From assembly GCF_018350175.1 (NCBI RefSeq), contig NC_058368.1, positions 26,414,001 to 26,478,000 of the forward strand: a stretch of 64,000 nucleotides of DNA, given 5' to 3'. The DNA comes from Felis catus (lineage: Eukaryota). This document shows positions 50,951-64,000 of this stretch, piece after piece; within the stretch, counting starts at the first letter, position 1, and each line of letters opens with the position of its first letter. A program made the translations under genes and the position numbers. A model generated the notes under the pieces. That model worked only from the letters and a program-made list of their open reading frames with translations. It had not been told where the DNA came from and did no database searches.

Positions 50951-51159
50951 GTAGGGGTTGAGTTTGTTAGTTGGGAGGCGGGCTGGGTGGGAGGTGTACT
51001 GGGAGGAGAAGCCTGAGCTCTCTGAGGTGTGATCTTAGCGTGCTTTATTCTTTTTCCTCATGGCCCTTCACTCCGGCAGTGGTAGAATGATAGTTTGGTA
51101 AAGAAGGAGGTGCTAATACTCCTAAAATGTTTTAAATATTCTTTTCTCCGCTCGCGCGT

Positions 51160-51306
51160 TTTTTTAAGGCAGCTTAACTGAGACGTTATTGACATAAAAT
51201 TGTGTATATTTAAGGGGTACAACTTGATACTTCGATATATATACACATGGTGAACTGAGCACCACGATCCAGATAATTAACCTAGGTGACAGTTACCTCC
51301 ACATGG

Positions 51307-51350
<44 letters not shown>

Positions 51351-51470
51351 GAAATGATTTAATTTCAGATTTACCCTCTTAAAAGATTCAAGCATACGCT
51401 ATAGTGTTGCTAATTATCATCACATACTGTGCGTTAGATCTCCAGAACTTACTCATCTTGCATAACTAAG
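51160..51470 (-). mobile_element. L1MA-like 3' end with (TG)n
   Basis: TTGACATAAAATTGTGTATATTTAAGGGGTACAAC...TTAGATCTCCAGAACTTACTCATCTTGCATAACT. Confidence 0.85.
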
Positions 51471-53056
51471 TTTTCTCACTTCTTCTTATCCTAAGCCTTC
51501 ACTCCATTCCTCTATTAAATTTATTTGGTCGATTAAAAAAAATGCGTAACCCCAAGGCTTAAAGAGGTTATGAAATTCCATTATTCAAAACGCAGAAATT
51601 GGATTTCACAGCAAACTCACAATATTTCAAGATTTGAGCTAAAGACGGTAATTTCTGCTGTTCCCCATCCCCACTAATCCTTGTTACTGGTGTTTCTCTT
51701 AGGCTGTTTTCAGCTTCTCCTTTGACATCAGAATTTTTGTCTCTGCATTATTATTATTATCATTATTACTATTACTGTTATTATTATTATTTATACTAGG
51801 TGGAAAAACAGTGAGTATTTACAAATTGCAAAGTTCATGCTCCTGAACATTTGTGGCTCTTCCCTCCCTGTGCCCTTCCGCAAAATCAGAGAGCATCTGC
51901 TTTCTCAGTTAGATGCTCCGTATGATGAGTCCCTGGAGGATCATCAGGCCCAGTTTCTGTTTCACACACTGATGTGTAGGCTAAGCGTCTCTCACCTGCT
52001 CCGTCGGCCTCTCCCCTTCCATCTCTGGTGACATGCATGTGACAGGTAGAATGACCCCTAAACATCAACACAAGTTGCTGTGAAAGCAAGAAAAATAAAA
52101 CTGGTTCACAATGCTTGTTAGCATGAATACGTAATGATTCCCTTCCTCTTTTTGTTCTTCCTTCCTCCCTTCCTTTCTCCAAGTCATGTAGATAGAGCCC
52201 CAGATGGAACTTGTAGTTCCTGTCAAATCGGTCAATGGGTGATCAACGCTCATAGGCACATTTCTTTATTTGAGTGAACGAGAGTCAGCTTTGAAACTCA
52301 AGTATGTGGTTTTGTACCAGTGTTCATGGGTACAAAGACCCCGCTGATTTTGACATCTCTAGTTGAAAGTTATATGAAATGGTTAATTCTGCAGCAAGTT
52401 CCTACTAATTCTCCAGTCTTGACCCATTTATTGTAACCCTAAAGCCGTAAAAACACATTAAAAACTATAAAATACCAATGGGCTAAAGGCAATGGAGTTC
52501 AATGTAGAAGAATGTGGCTGTAGAATAATAAATCGTTGTGTAAACTTTATTTATTATAAAACAGCAATATAACACTTGATGTTTTAAAAGGAAATATTGC
52601 TTAGAATTCTTTCACCCAAATGCAACTGTCTTTCTTTTTTTTGTGTTTCCAAGCAGCATTGGCTGTCTGCATTTTCCAGTAGCTGTAATCATAATGCTTT
52701 TATAATTACGGATGGTAGTTGACTGTTGACATTCTTAAATCTGATATTCTCAACTTCAATTATTTGCCTGGAACTTCAAAGATGGCAATAATTTGTAATT
52801 TTGCGGGGGTTCGATTTTGAAATGGTTGGATTTCCAAACCGTCGTGTGAGAAGGTAAGAATCTAGAGTGAGTGAGCAAGCCCCTCCCACCATTGCTGGGG
52901 GCAGCGTTGCAACACTGCTTTTGTGGTTGCGTGTGGAGCTTGCAAGGAACGCTCATGAAACGATAAAGATGTTGTTTCTTTGCAGATTTCAGTAAATTTG
53001 GGTAAGTACACTAATAATGTTCTATAATGCAATCTAGAGCTTGTTTTATTGGCAGA

Positions 53057-53059
<3 letters not shown>

Positions 53060-53099
<40 letters not shown>

Positions 53100-53112
53100 T
53101 ATGTATATATAT
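53060..53112. repeat. (TA)n microsatellite
   Basis: Seen directly. Confidence 0.9.
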
Positions 53113-53199
53113 AGCTTTATAAGCAAATTCTGAACTCGTAGATACATTAAGAGTCTTAAGGGGTTACTTAACATTTTTAGATACTGCATTTTAAAGGGG

Positions 53200-53815
53200 G
53201 AAATTGTATGCTACAATGGTTTTCACTTATCTGGGAATTTGCAAAGATACTGGGCCATATTCTTCATGAATTCAATAGTGTACTGTATTTTACCTTTTTA
53301 CGTGACAGTCACATGGCATTATGTAATCCTTGTAAAGATCATATTAAATGACTATGGAATATTCCATTGAGTTGTTGTATGATGGTTTACCAAACTATTG
53401 TCCTATTATTCCACATATAGGGTGTTTTCAATTTTGCACTTTTTACGATGATGTTGCAATGATAAACTTTGGGTCTACTTTGGAAGCATTTTCTTAAGAT
53501 AAATTCCTAGAGGCAATAAAGGAATATGGACATTTTTATGACTTGATATATATTATTATATTGCTTTCCAAAAGATTTACGTAAATTTACAATATGGCCA
53601 TTAATGTATTAATGATAAGTTGAGTGACACAAATTAGACGGACGCATGCATGGTTATTAATGTTCCTACTAGTTAAATGGGTATAAAGTGGCTCAATATT
53701 ATTGTTTAACTTTCCGATGCTTTGGTTGGTGCCCAGGTTGAACGCCGTACATATATTCGGAATTCAAAGCTTCTTTTGAAATGAAGTATCTGTTTATGCT
53801 TTTTGCTGAGTTCTT
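53200..53815 (-). mobile_element. Old L1 (L1ME-like) fragment
   Basis: TATTCCATTG...TTCTTAAGATAAATTCCTAGA...ATTGCTTTCCAAAAGA. Confidence 0.6.
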
Positions 53816-53829
53816 TAAGGGGGTTATTC

Positions 53830-54030
53830 CGGGCTTTGGAGTTGAGACACGTGGAGAGATAGAGTTTGAATCCCAATTCTGCTACTTACCAGCTGTACGA
53901 TCTTGAGCAAATGACCAAACCTCTTTGGTCTTGGTTTTCTCATCCGTGAAGGCGCCACAAGAATGTGTCTTTCACGAAGTTAGGAGAATTAATCAGGCTA
54001 GCACATGCGAACAAGTACTGAGCACACACA
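53830..54030 (+). mobile_element. MIR
   Basis: GTTTGAATCCCAATTCTGCTACTTACCAGCTGTACGATCTTGAGCAAATGAC...TTTTCTCATCCGTGAA. Confidence 0.8.
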
Positions 54031-56059
54031 TCACAACTGTTTCATGAGTTTTTAATCACATGACACGGCTTTTCTTTGTTGGTTGGCTTTTCTCACTGAG
54101 CGCTCAGTGGCTTCCCATCACTCTCAAGATGAGCCCTTGCTGGCCACTCAGCAGCCTGAGTGCCTCTCACCTCTGTGCTCATTCTCCAGTCCGCCCTTCA
54201 CAAGAGGGGCCTCGTTGTGCCCGAATTCTATCTGTGCCTTCCTGCAAGTAGTTCCTGCCCTCGTCACCCGGCATCCTTATAATCCAAGCCTCACGTGAGT
54301 AAAAACCATCTTCCATCTGATGTTACAGCCTTGTAGCACAGTGCTTGCATGTGGAAAGTGCTTAATAAATATTTGTGGAATGAAGAAATCAATACCTGCA
54401 TTACTCATCAGGTGTGAATCCAAATGTCTCGTAAAGGAAAGAAAAATCACTTTCACGGAGCAAATATTTGCCATCGTTGGGATTGGTTGGGGTTAAGGCA
54501 GTGTTGTGGCATGAAGGGTTTTATTTTCCGAGGGCCAGGCCTAAGTGTGTAAATTGTGGAATTACAAAAAATATATATATATAAACTGTCACTGACCTGC
54601 CATCACCAGTCACGGTCCTGAGTGATTCTCTAAAAAGTCAAAGGACAGAGAACTGCTGGAGGCTGTCATGTGTTCACTAATGTTGATGACATGCTCTGAA
54701 GGCAAACTCAGAAGTGGGATCCTTAAATTAGGATGGGCCGTGGCTGCATTGGAGGAAGTGATTAATCTCTCAAGATGAGTACTTTGAAAGTGGCAACATC
54801 TATTTAGATGATTAAGTTCTGATCTAATTGTCTAAAAGGCAAAAAAAAAAAAAAAAAATAGGTACGTGTTTTGGCACCTGTCTTCAGTACTTAAAAATAC
54901 ACCTGAGGTACAGGTGGTGGACTAGGTAGAACTTGAGTTAGATCTTGGAAGAGGTGGACAAATGGAGAGTAAGCTTTTGGAGCAGGAGGAAGATCAAAAG
55001 TAAGGTGTGAGGTGTGGAAGCAGTGAGGGGACGGGTGGGGGTGCAGCAGAGGAAGTTAGCAGGGGGTAGAGGGTGGAACAGGTGGCTCATGGGGGAGCTT
55101 GCAGGCTATTCCAAGAAAGCCTTGGCAGTGCACCTGTGCAGCTGCAGGAGGGAGAGCTAGAGCAAAGGCTGAGATAAGGATCGGGTACACGTGATTCACT
55201 GAAGAGGTGAAGCAGGATGGGAGTGGGGAGAGAAGCCAGGGAAAAGAGACTAGCCTCAGCCCGAGCCACTGGGGTGGGGTGGTATCTTCATACCCCACAC
55301 TGCAGAATTGTCTCCGCCTGGGGGCAAGGGGCCTGGCCTTGTGTACCCCTCTATCCATCACTGGCTGTCAGCCGCCCCGGAGGCAGGGTGTGGTTATCTC
55401 TCTGGTGAGATGCTCTGGTCAGCCGGGGACAAGCCTCCAGAGAAGGGGAGCAGCTGGGAGCAGCCGTGAGGAGCCAAAGCCCCAGCAGCTAGGCTAAGGG
55501 AACCCCGCATGCCAAGGGGATCTGGGCGAGACCTCAGCACCTCTGCTACATACATGGCTGCAGCTGATGAGGTCTCTGAGTCCCCAACTCCATAAGCCTT
55601 CATCCTTAGCCCCTTTTCAGATTCAGCTCAAATGCTGCTTCTCCGTAAAACCAAGGTCTCACCACTGTGGGGGAGCAATCTGTCTTCAGACATCCTAAAA
55701 TGCTTCATTTGCACCTCTTTTGTGGCACTTTTCACCTGTGGGGTGTCATTTCACTCATTGGTGCGTAGGTCTTATCTCATCTACTTGTCGGGGCAGGCAT
55801 CACGTCCCCTTCGGTGCTATAGTATGTCTACTCCGGCATGCCTGTCGACATATGGACATGTGGTGGCCACAGTAAACGTGTGTAGGCTGAGTGTTGAGAG
55901 ATCGCTCCTGCCCACCCGGGGGAGAGCTTCAGCTGTAAATCCATGTTTTCTGTGTTGCCTGCTAAATGCTCTTGGCTTATTATCAGACCCTAGCTCTGCT
56001 CTGTAATCTTCTTCGCCCCCTTGAACATTAATATTTATCATTAACATTAACATTATATA

Positions 56060-56283
56060 TTTTTTCTTTTTTTTAAGTACTCTTTCTTTATTTTTGAGCA
56101 GCAGAGAGAGACAGAGCACGAGTCGGGGAGGGCCAGAGAGACAAGGAGACACAGAATCCGAAGCAGGCCCCAGGCTCTGAGCTGTCAGCGCAGAGCCCAA
56201 TGCGGGGCCCGAACTCACGAACCGTGAGATCATGCCCTCAGCCGAAGTCAGACGCTCAACCGACCGAGACACCCAGGCACCCC
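56060..56283 (-). mobile_element. CAN-SINE
   Basis: TSD TAACATTAACATTATAT. Confidence 0.93.
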
Positions 56284-57492
56284 TAACATTAACATTATAT
56301 TAACGTTAATCTTTTTTAATGTCCTTTGGCCTGTATGCTATTAACGTGTCTGACACACAGCAGTGAAACGATAGTAACATTGGGATTGCAGCTTTGGGTG
56401 TTTTGGAGATGCTTTCAGTGACTTCCTTCTGCATGACCCTGTGTCCAGCTTCACAGATGGTTGGGCCTATGAATGAACGGAGTATTGAAGTGCTGTATTT
56501 GACATGCCCGAGAGTTCGTCTGCCACACTCTGGCCTGTAGCCAGGCTACGATTCTGAGCCTGCTTTCTGGACTTTCTTTTGAGACGTCCCTCTCAAAAGC
56601 GAGCCTTGCTGTTTGCTTACCAGCAATATAGAGTAGTAAGATGCTGTGGAAATTGCCCCATTGAGCCTTCTTACCTTTTCCTTCAAAGTCCCCTGGTGTT
56701 GCCTGTGCACCGACGCACTGAAGAGAACCCAGGAGAGGTGACATCGGGTGTCCCGAGGCAGCCCAGCCGTCGGTCACAGCCACGGGCACACGTCAGCTGG
56801 TTGGACGTTTGGACTGAGGGCAGAGAGTGGTGCAGGTTGGAAAGGAGCCTGTAGTTTGGCAGAAGGGCAGCATTTTCTGCACGTTCTTTTGGAAGAACAT
56901 CCAGGATGGTATGTGTTTCCTAACACTTGTGCAATCTGATACATCCCGGGCAGGATGGATTCTTGACTTACTGTATTTGAACCAAACCCAATCTTCAAAA
57001 TGTTGGCAGAGAGAGGGAACAGGTATTCCGTACAGACTCTGCTGCGAAGTGTGACAGCACTGAACTTTTTGTAGCCAGTACCATCCGAAGACCAAACACG
57101 TCATCTGTGCAACTTAAGGAAATGAAAGGATCCGGAAACAAAGCCCCAGTGAATTCGGACTGGTTTTCTATATTTGGGGACCCATATGCAGTCGGACTTT
57201 TTCCTTGAGCAAAACTACTTGCTGGCCAGAGAGATCATTAGCCACAGCCACCAGGGTGCCCATTTGGGATGGGTGCCGTTAGTGGCGATGGGAATCATGA
57301 ACCCTGGAAATGCTGACCAGGCCGTGATTAAGGCCCTTTCTAAATTATTGGTGCCTGGCTCTTCCCAGGCCTCAGTGCCTGTACTTCCCAGACCCTTTAT
57401 TCTAGCTACTGCAGGGTGTAATCAACCAGTGGCCAGAGGGACCCAGTGGACACCACCCTGAAGTGCTGCAAGCAGACAGCACTGTCCTTCCC

Positions 57493-57714
57493 TTTTTAAA
57501 AACAAATGTAAGTTTATTTGTTTTGAGGGACAGAGCAAGAGAGAGAGAGAGTACACGAGCAGGAAAGGGGCAGAGAGAAGGAGAGACAGAGTCCAAGCAG
57601 GCTCTATGCCGTCAGTGCAGAGCCCGAAGCAGAGCTTGAACCCACAAACTGTGAGATCATGACCTGAGTTGAGATCAAGAGTCGGGCGCTTAACTGCGCC
57701 ACCCAGGCAGCCCC
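57493..57714 (-). mobile_element. Older CAN-SINE
   Basis: GAGATCATGACCTGAGTTGAGATCAAGAGTCGG...CCACCCAGGCAGCCCC. Confidence 0.9.
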
Positions 57715-58111
57715 GTCCTTCTTCTCTGTTGTCCCTTAGAGGATGACAACTTCTTGTCCTTTCCAGGTGCCACCACCTCCTCTCTGTCTTTGGTTTGGTT
57801 AAACTAAGGAAAAATTTAAATGGCACCACTTCCTGAGAACTTTATTGGCTCGATCTATCTTTCTCCGTTACTAACTTTGTCTGCCTTGGCTCGCTTGCAT
57901 TTCCCCCGGACGTGGGATCCTTCGGAATAAAAGATTCAAGGGCCAAATGTTTAGTGTGACAACTTGACGTGAACAGTACCCGGGGGTGGCACGAGATACA
58001 GATCGGGTCCTGGAGGGCATGTCTCCAGAGGAAGACCTGGAAGCAGCTGTGGTGTAGTGGAAAGACTCTGCCACCCGGACTCCTAAAACTTCCTTTAAAT
58101 ACCAGTCTGCT

Positions 58112-58325
58112 GGGGCACCTGGGTGGCGCAGTCAGTTAAGCGTCCGACTTCAGCCAGGTCACGATCTCGCGGTCCGTGAGTGCGAGCCCCGCGTCAGGCT
58201 CTGGGCTGATGGCTCGGAGCCTGGAGCCTGTTTCTGATTCTGTGTCTCCCTCTCTCTCTGCCCCTCCCCCGTTCATGCTCTGTCTCTCTCTGTCCCAAAA
58301 ATAAATAAACGTTGAAAAAAAAAAA
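58112..58325 (+). mobile_element. SINEC_Fc-type SINE
   Basis: TSD TAAATACCAGTCTGC. Confidence 0.95.
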
Positions 58326-58415
58326 TAAATACCAGTCTGCCACTAAGATGTTTGATCAGGCAATTGTTTCAGCTCGGTTTCTTTTTCTTTTTTTTTTTTG
58401 TAAGGCACTGTGCTC

Positions 58416-58821
58416 TGTGGTATTAGTGTTGATAATTTTGCCGTCTCCTTCAGAGGAAGGATTATACATCCTTGTCCCCTGGTGCCGGGTGTGGCCGTGT
58501 GATTTTGGGCACCCCTCCTTCCTGTGGAAAAACTATAGATCCCGTGCCCTGTTGACGTCAGGCTGGGCTGTGAGATTTGCTTTGGCTGGCGAAAGTCAAT
58601 TGTGTCAGTGCTCTCGGGACGCCTTAGGAGACACTGTGTGGTCTGCCACTCTGTTTCTCTCTGTCGCTGGGTCCTGGAATGAAGATGACCTGAAGGGCTG
58701 TATGTAGCTGATCCACGGTGCACGTATCACATGAACGAGAAATAAAACTTTGCTGCAGTAAACGCTGAGATTTGTGGGTTTTCTGTTATGGCTGCACAAC
58801 TTAGCTTAAGCAGATTAACAC
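58416..58821 (+). mobile_element. MaLR LTR (MLT1I/J-like)
   Basis: TGTGG start; 3' end GAGAAATAAAACTTTGCTG...CTGAGATTTG...TTAGC...GATTAACACA. Confidence 0.7.
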
Positions 58822-59691
58822 AATCGAGAATAATATGATCTTGTGAGAACTGGATGAGAGAATGAACTTAAAAACGGATTGTGCCCTTACGAGGTCCTAG
58901 GTAACTGTGTTCTGAGTATAAAAGCCACACAGTTGAATAAGGCATTCCAAAAAGCTAATAGTAGAAGAGGTGACAGAGATGTCTAAAAATTATGTTCATG
59001 ACATGGCATTTGGAAGGAACTCAGCCTGGGCCACTACAAATTCCTAAATTCAGGGAAATCCCCTAACATCGGATTTTCCTCAGAAAATTCCTAAAGAAAA
59101 GTGAGTCGAGAAGAGTAGAACTGCACTGTGGACTAGACGCTGAGCAGCTGTATGAGATCTCTCACTAGCTGAGTAACTCTCTTTGTCCCTAAGGCTTATA
59201 GGTCAAAGCACCTTATTCAAGCCCATATCCCATGAAAACATTTTATTTCAGCTGCGTGTGGGTGTTTGCGTGCAATCAAACTGCAAATGTAAATTATCCA
59301 AGGACCAAGGGTACAGAGTATATACAACATGGCATTCAGTATGGTTCATCACTCGATTAATGGCTGGTCTAAAGCTGGGAGAACGGGGCTACGCAGTACA
59401 ACTCAAAGACATCCACGGTGTGCTTGTTCTAATCACAGGTGGTTTTGTCATCAGAAAGAGAAACCTACCCAAACCAGTTCAGTTAAGGAGGGGGGCTGGG
59501 AGAACCAGAGAACCCTCATGGGATCTGGAAGGCCTCCGGCCAGGACTCTGTCCATCCCTCATCTCAATTCCTCACTGAGAATGATCACTTTCCGCTCTTT
59601 AAGCTGGCTTTCCCTGCGTCTGTGGGCTTCCTTCCTTGGTCTTGCCTGGGTTCTGGCTTCCCACCGCTGACCTGGCCCTTCTCTATGTGAT

Positions 59692-60152
59692 TGTGATGAT
59701 GGATTTTATGTGTCAACTTGTCTAGGCCATGGGGTACACTGATATTAGCCAGACATTATTCTGGGTGTTTCTGTTTTGCAATGAGATTAAGATTTAAATT
59801 GGTGGACTCAATAAAGCAAATTGCATTCCCAGTATGGGTGGGCCTCATCCCCTCGGTTGAGGGCTGCATAGAACAAAAAGTCCTGACCTAAGTAACAGAG
59901 AAGTTACTGCCTCCTCCTGCCTCACACCCTTCAAACTGGGGCATTGGCTCTTCCTGGATCTTGAGCTTGCCAGGCTTTGGCCTGGGACTAAACCATCAGC
60001 TCTCCTGGGTCTCCAGCTACCTGACTCTCCATGCAGATCTTGGGACTTGCTGGCCTCCATAACTGCATGTGCCAACTCCTTATAATAAAGCTCTTTCTAT
60101 ATCTACATACATCCAATTGTTTCTGCGTCTCTGGAGAACACTGACGAATACA
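59692..60152 (+). mobile_element. MLT2 (ERV-L) solo LTR
   Basis: TGTGATGATGGATTTTATGTGTCAACTTG...CTCTGGAGAACACTGACGAATACA; TG...CA termini; perfect 5-bp TSD GTGAT. Confidence 0.9.
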
Positions 60153-60507
60153 GTGATTGAATAGCTTCAAGCTCATGATGCTTGAACAGCCCTTTCTAGG
60201 TGCCCATACCAGTCCTGTGGGAGAGCAACTCTGACTTACTCTTCCTGGTCCAATAAGCTCTGGATGAGGGTGGTGTGGCCCAAAGGATCACCCCATGCAG
60301 AGCGGGGACAGGGCCAGTCTTGAAGGTGTCATGGGTGAAGAACAAACTAATTACACTTCTCTCACCATTTTCCTCTCTAGCTAATACAACTAACCTAACT
60401 TCTGTAGACACAAAAAGGTTTTTACACCATTGTGAGGCCATTGTGGGGTGTAACATTTCTGAGTGTTCCATATCCCAGAATCCTGGCACACTAAATGGCT
60501 CCTCTCT

Positions 60508-60688
60508 CCATAGGGAACATAGTCAGTAATATTATAACAACGCTGTATGGTGACAGATAGGAACCATACTTATCATGGTGAACGTTTTGTAATACATGTA
60601 ATTGTTGAATCGCTATGTTGCACGCCCAAAACTAATATAATAGTGTGGTCAACTCTACTCCAGTAAAAAGTAAAAATAAAAAAAAAAA
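60508..60688 (+). mobile_element. Short 3' end of a carnivore-type L1 with A tail
   Basis: ATAGGGAACATAGTCAGTAATATT...TTGTTGAATCGCTATGTTGCACGCCCAAAACTAATATAAT...poly(A). Confidence 0.85.
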
Positions 60689-63499
60689 GACTTCTCTCTG
60701 ACCTCACTTGCCTTCCAATACCAGACGAAAAAAAAAATCAGGACGACTTAACACTTTTGAGTTTGTGATTAGAAATGTACTTTCAGCCATTTCGGGGACA
60801 ATGCCATTTTCCACTCTTGCTCTTCTAGAGTGATGGACCGGAAGCCACCAGCATGAGCGTTTATTAGGGCTCTGCTATCTGCCAGCTCTGTGACATTAGG
60901 CAAGCCGCTGCGCGGCGCCTCAGTTTACTCCTCTGTACATGAGGCTAATGCCCATCAATGGAGATACAAATGAAATGGTGTGCGAGTCCCTTGATAACTT
61001 CATTGTGGTGTGAAATGTTAAAGCTGTTTAAGAATTTCAGTATATGATAACTAGAAGGTGTCATAACACCTAGTCTAATCCCTTAATTGTAAAGATTATA
61101 AAGATGACACTCAAAGGATATTATTATTGCTGAGGACGTAAGTAATGATTCTCACAATTCTATGGTTTGCTCTGCTCTGACCTTTCCACCCTCCATGAAG
61201 CATTTGTTCTCTTAGGGAGGAGGATCAGGTTCCCCAGTGTGCCTCCCATCCCCCTCCTTTTAAGGACTTTCTTTGTTCCCTCAGGGGACCACTTGTTGGA
61301 CTCCCTCTGAGGTTAGGTGTGTGATCTTCCCCACCCCCAGAAGCCAGGGCAGGCTGGCTGCTTTTCTGGCTCTGACCCACCAAGGGCAGGCATCCAAACT
61401 GCTATGGCAAGAGGAGTCAAAAGCCGTAGCTGTGAGTGAGGATTAAGTCATGGGGCAGAGCAAATGCACAGCAGACAGGCATGCGGGCCCTGTGGCCAGG
61501 TTTTCCGGGATGTGCAGTTTGGCAGAGCTGAGCCCGGGGTGCCCAGCAAACAGCTTTTGATCTAACGCCATAGTGGTTTTTGAACTCCGAGTACAGCGCC
61601 TTTAATCGCTCTTGGCTCCGATTTCCCAGGTTAATTTCCTGACATCTAAGGAGCTTTGTTTAGCGTATGTAACTTCCTGCCTTTTATGTCAGAGTCTGTG
61701 AACTGACGGAATCAGGGAATGAGCCAAGTAACCTGGGGGTGGAGGCAAGCATTTGAGACTCCCTTCCTAGTTTTATTTTCCTTAGTCATACCCCAGCCTT
61801 AGTCACTTTTCCCCCTGATATTAACACAATAGGAGACTCTTGTGTAAGATGTTAGGAGGGGAGGGGAAGGCAGGGGAGCAGATTGTAGAAGGAGCCAGAG
61901 TGGAGTGCTAGAAGGCTTTACCCTGGCTTTGTGACTTTGCACCCATGTCCCACGCCTTTGGGACTCATTCACTGTGGGGCTTTATCCTCGGTCCCCACCC
62001 CAGTTCTCTCTACCCTCTTTTGTCCACCATTCAAAAGACCCTGGCAACCCTGGACGGATGAGACAGAAAGAATGACCCTGCACCCCCAACCCCGTTGTCT
62101 GGCCTGTGCAAACTCATCTATCCCTCTCTCGCCCCCACCCTCCCCCCCCACCCCGCCACCCCCGCTCCCCCAACTGCTGGTTCTTCACCAGCTCTTCGTT
62201 TGCATTCCCTTTGTTGGTCTGACAGCACCATTTTATCCGAGTTTGCTCAGTTGTTTGTTTGTCTTTTATTTGGGTGAGCTCCAGGGTTTCTAGAAGCTTC
62301 TGGACAGCTGGGCTGTGCCTCTTTAACATAGTGCATATGGTGCCCTGAGCAGACAGGAGCCTGAAGCCTGTTTCTGATTGTGGCAGATGTTGTAGCACCT
62401 ACGTCCCCAGGGGCTGTGGGGAGGTTCAATGAACATTCCAGACACCCACAGACGCATGTCAAATAGTTAAGTTTGCGAACCCAAATGTAAACAAACAAAC
62501 AAACAACAAACAAACAAAACAGGATTCCTCTTACTTAAGAGGGGTGAATTCATCAGTTCAGGAGATTTTGGGAAGCCCCTGTGAAATTATTTAGAGACCA
62601 TTAGATGGACGTGCCCTCAGAGAGCATGGCCTGTATGCTCATTGATATCTCCTGGGTCGCTGTGGGCTGTCTGGCTTTTTGTTTCTATAACCCAACACAA
62701 CCCTTGACATCTGGTAGGTACTCAGGACATGACTGTGGAATGAAAATGACCTGCTGCTACTTTCACCAAGTCAACTCACAGGTGAGTAACCTGAGCTCCC
62801 CAGGAGCCTCAAGGAGCTGGTTGGATGAAAACCTGTCCCCTGCCTCCCAAGCTAGGGCTGCTTCCACTTAGTTGACTTGTTTGTTTTGTATGGCTGGTGT
62901 GGACCACCGGCTGAGTCCGAGGGCCCTCCGATCTCAGGGAACTCTTCAGAACCTCACAACTCGGTGAGAAGCAGAGCCTAGGAGTGAGAAGGTGAGAAGG
63001 AATGCACCAGCAGATCTGCCGCCATTTTTGTGGCCAGTAGGAAGCCCTTCCTGGGAATCTGGGATGCCTCCTTCAGACTCGACTGGGTCCCCACAATCTG
63101 AATATCTAGTGGTATTTGGCCAAATATTTGCTCCCCATGGCAGGGCTCACTCTCAGGCCATTACTCCCTGCTCAGGGTTGCCTCCAGAGGAGTTGTCAAG
63201 GGGACACTGCCACATGGGAGTCTGGCTTGGGTGGAGCCCAAGGTCATCCATCAGGAAGATTTACCCTAATGATTTACCCCCCACCAGTTACTCACAAACA
63301 GTGAAATTCTTAGTCAAAACAGAACTACTCCAAAGAAAATAACTTCTCTGTTTACGAATTGCTCTATAACTCTTTGCCCCCCTTGGTTCTCTGTCTCTGT
63401 CTCTGTTTCCATCTACCTTTCTCAGTTTGTCTCTGGTTTGGAGACACATGCACTTCAGTTCATTCTTCCTCCCATTTTCATCATTGCCAATCTCATAAG

Positions 63500-63920
63500 T
63501 GGTGCTCTGTAGTGGATAAATCCCAAATGGATGGAGAAGATGCTGGCACTAGTGTTATACTGGCTTGTATTCCAAAGGACCAATTTGGAATCATCCAGAG
63601 CCTCACAGGGAAGTGCCAAGGAAAGCCAGAGAAGTCATTTGGATCCCCAGTAGGACAAAGCAGCTGGTGCAGGGGGAATGGTGGTGTCACTGGCACCAAG
63701 CCCAGGAATCAGCATCACAGAGACATCGAGTCACGAGGGAAGGTCTCCTGACACAGCGACTGTCGCTGGTGCCCAGGGCTCATCTCCTTTCCTGCGGCTG
63801 GCCCCTTTGGTGAACTCCCTAGGGTTTTGGGCCAGCAGGCTTGGACTGCAAACTCCAGTTCTGGCCCAAATTAGGAGATGGGGCCAAAAGAGCAAGAGAA
63901 CGAGGAGGAAAGAAGGGAGA
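63500..63920 (-). mobile_element. Possible ancient LTR (Gypsy/ERV-like) relic
   Basis: AAACTCCAGTTCTGGCCCAAATTAGGAGATGGGGCC vaguely resembles MamGyp-type LTRs; weak recall only. Confidence 0.3.
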
Positions 63921-64000
63921 GAGTGGGAGGTTTCCATAGCCATGCCCATGAGGAAATGTCAGTGATGTGAGTCCAATTCTAGAACCTTCTTAAGCAGGAT

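Overview
Mammalian genomic DNA, almost certainly a felid (cat-family) genome, judged from about 26 CAN-SINE copies including the young SINEC_Fc type. It is not prokaryotic, and no CRISPR, operon or defence system is present. The only protein-coding gene I can support is SERP2 (stress-associated ER protein 2/RAMP4-2) on the minus strand. Its coding exon 1 (5009-4926, [28 protein letters not shown]) lies in a CpG island, followed by a 4.87 kb intron and exon 2 (59-1, [20 protein letters not shown]...), which runs off the window edge. The remaining ~58 kb is upstream non-coding DNA rich in SINEs, L1/L2/MIR fragments, MaLR/ERV-L LTRs and DNA-transposon relics. Observations most worth checking: a 25-nt tailless U6 retrocopy with a perfect target-site duplication; an ERV-L relic arranged internal-LTR-internal (PPT before and tRNA-Leu PBS after a single LTR); splice signals for a divergent spliced transcript and for an upstream non-coding SERP2 exon; and a MER53 hairpin carrying a miR-1302-like arm with strongly AT->GC-biased decay on the other arm. 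Repeat family names are from recall of consensus sequences and boundaries are approximate.
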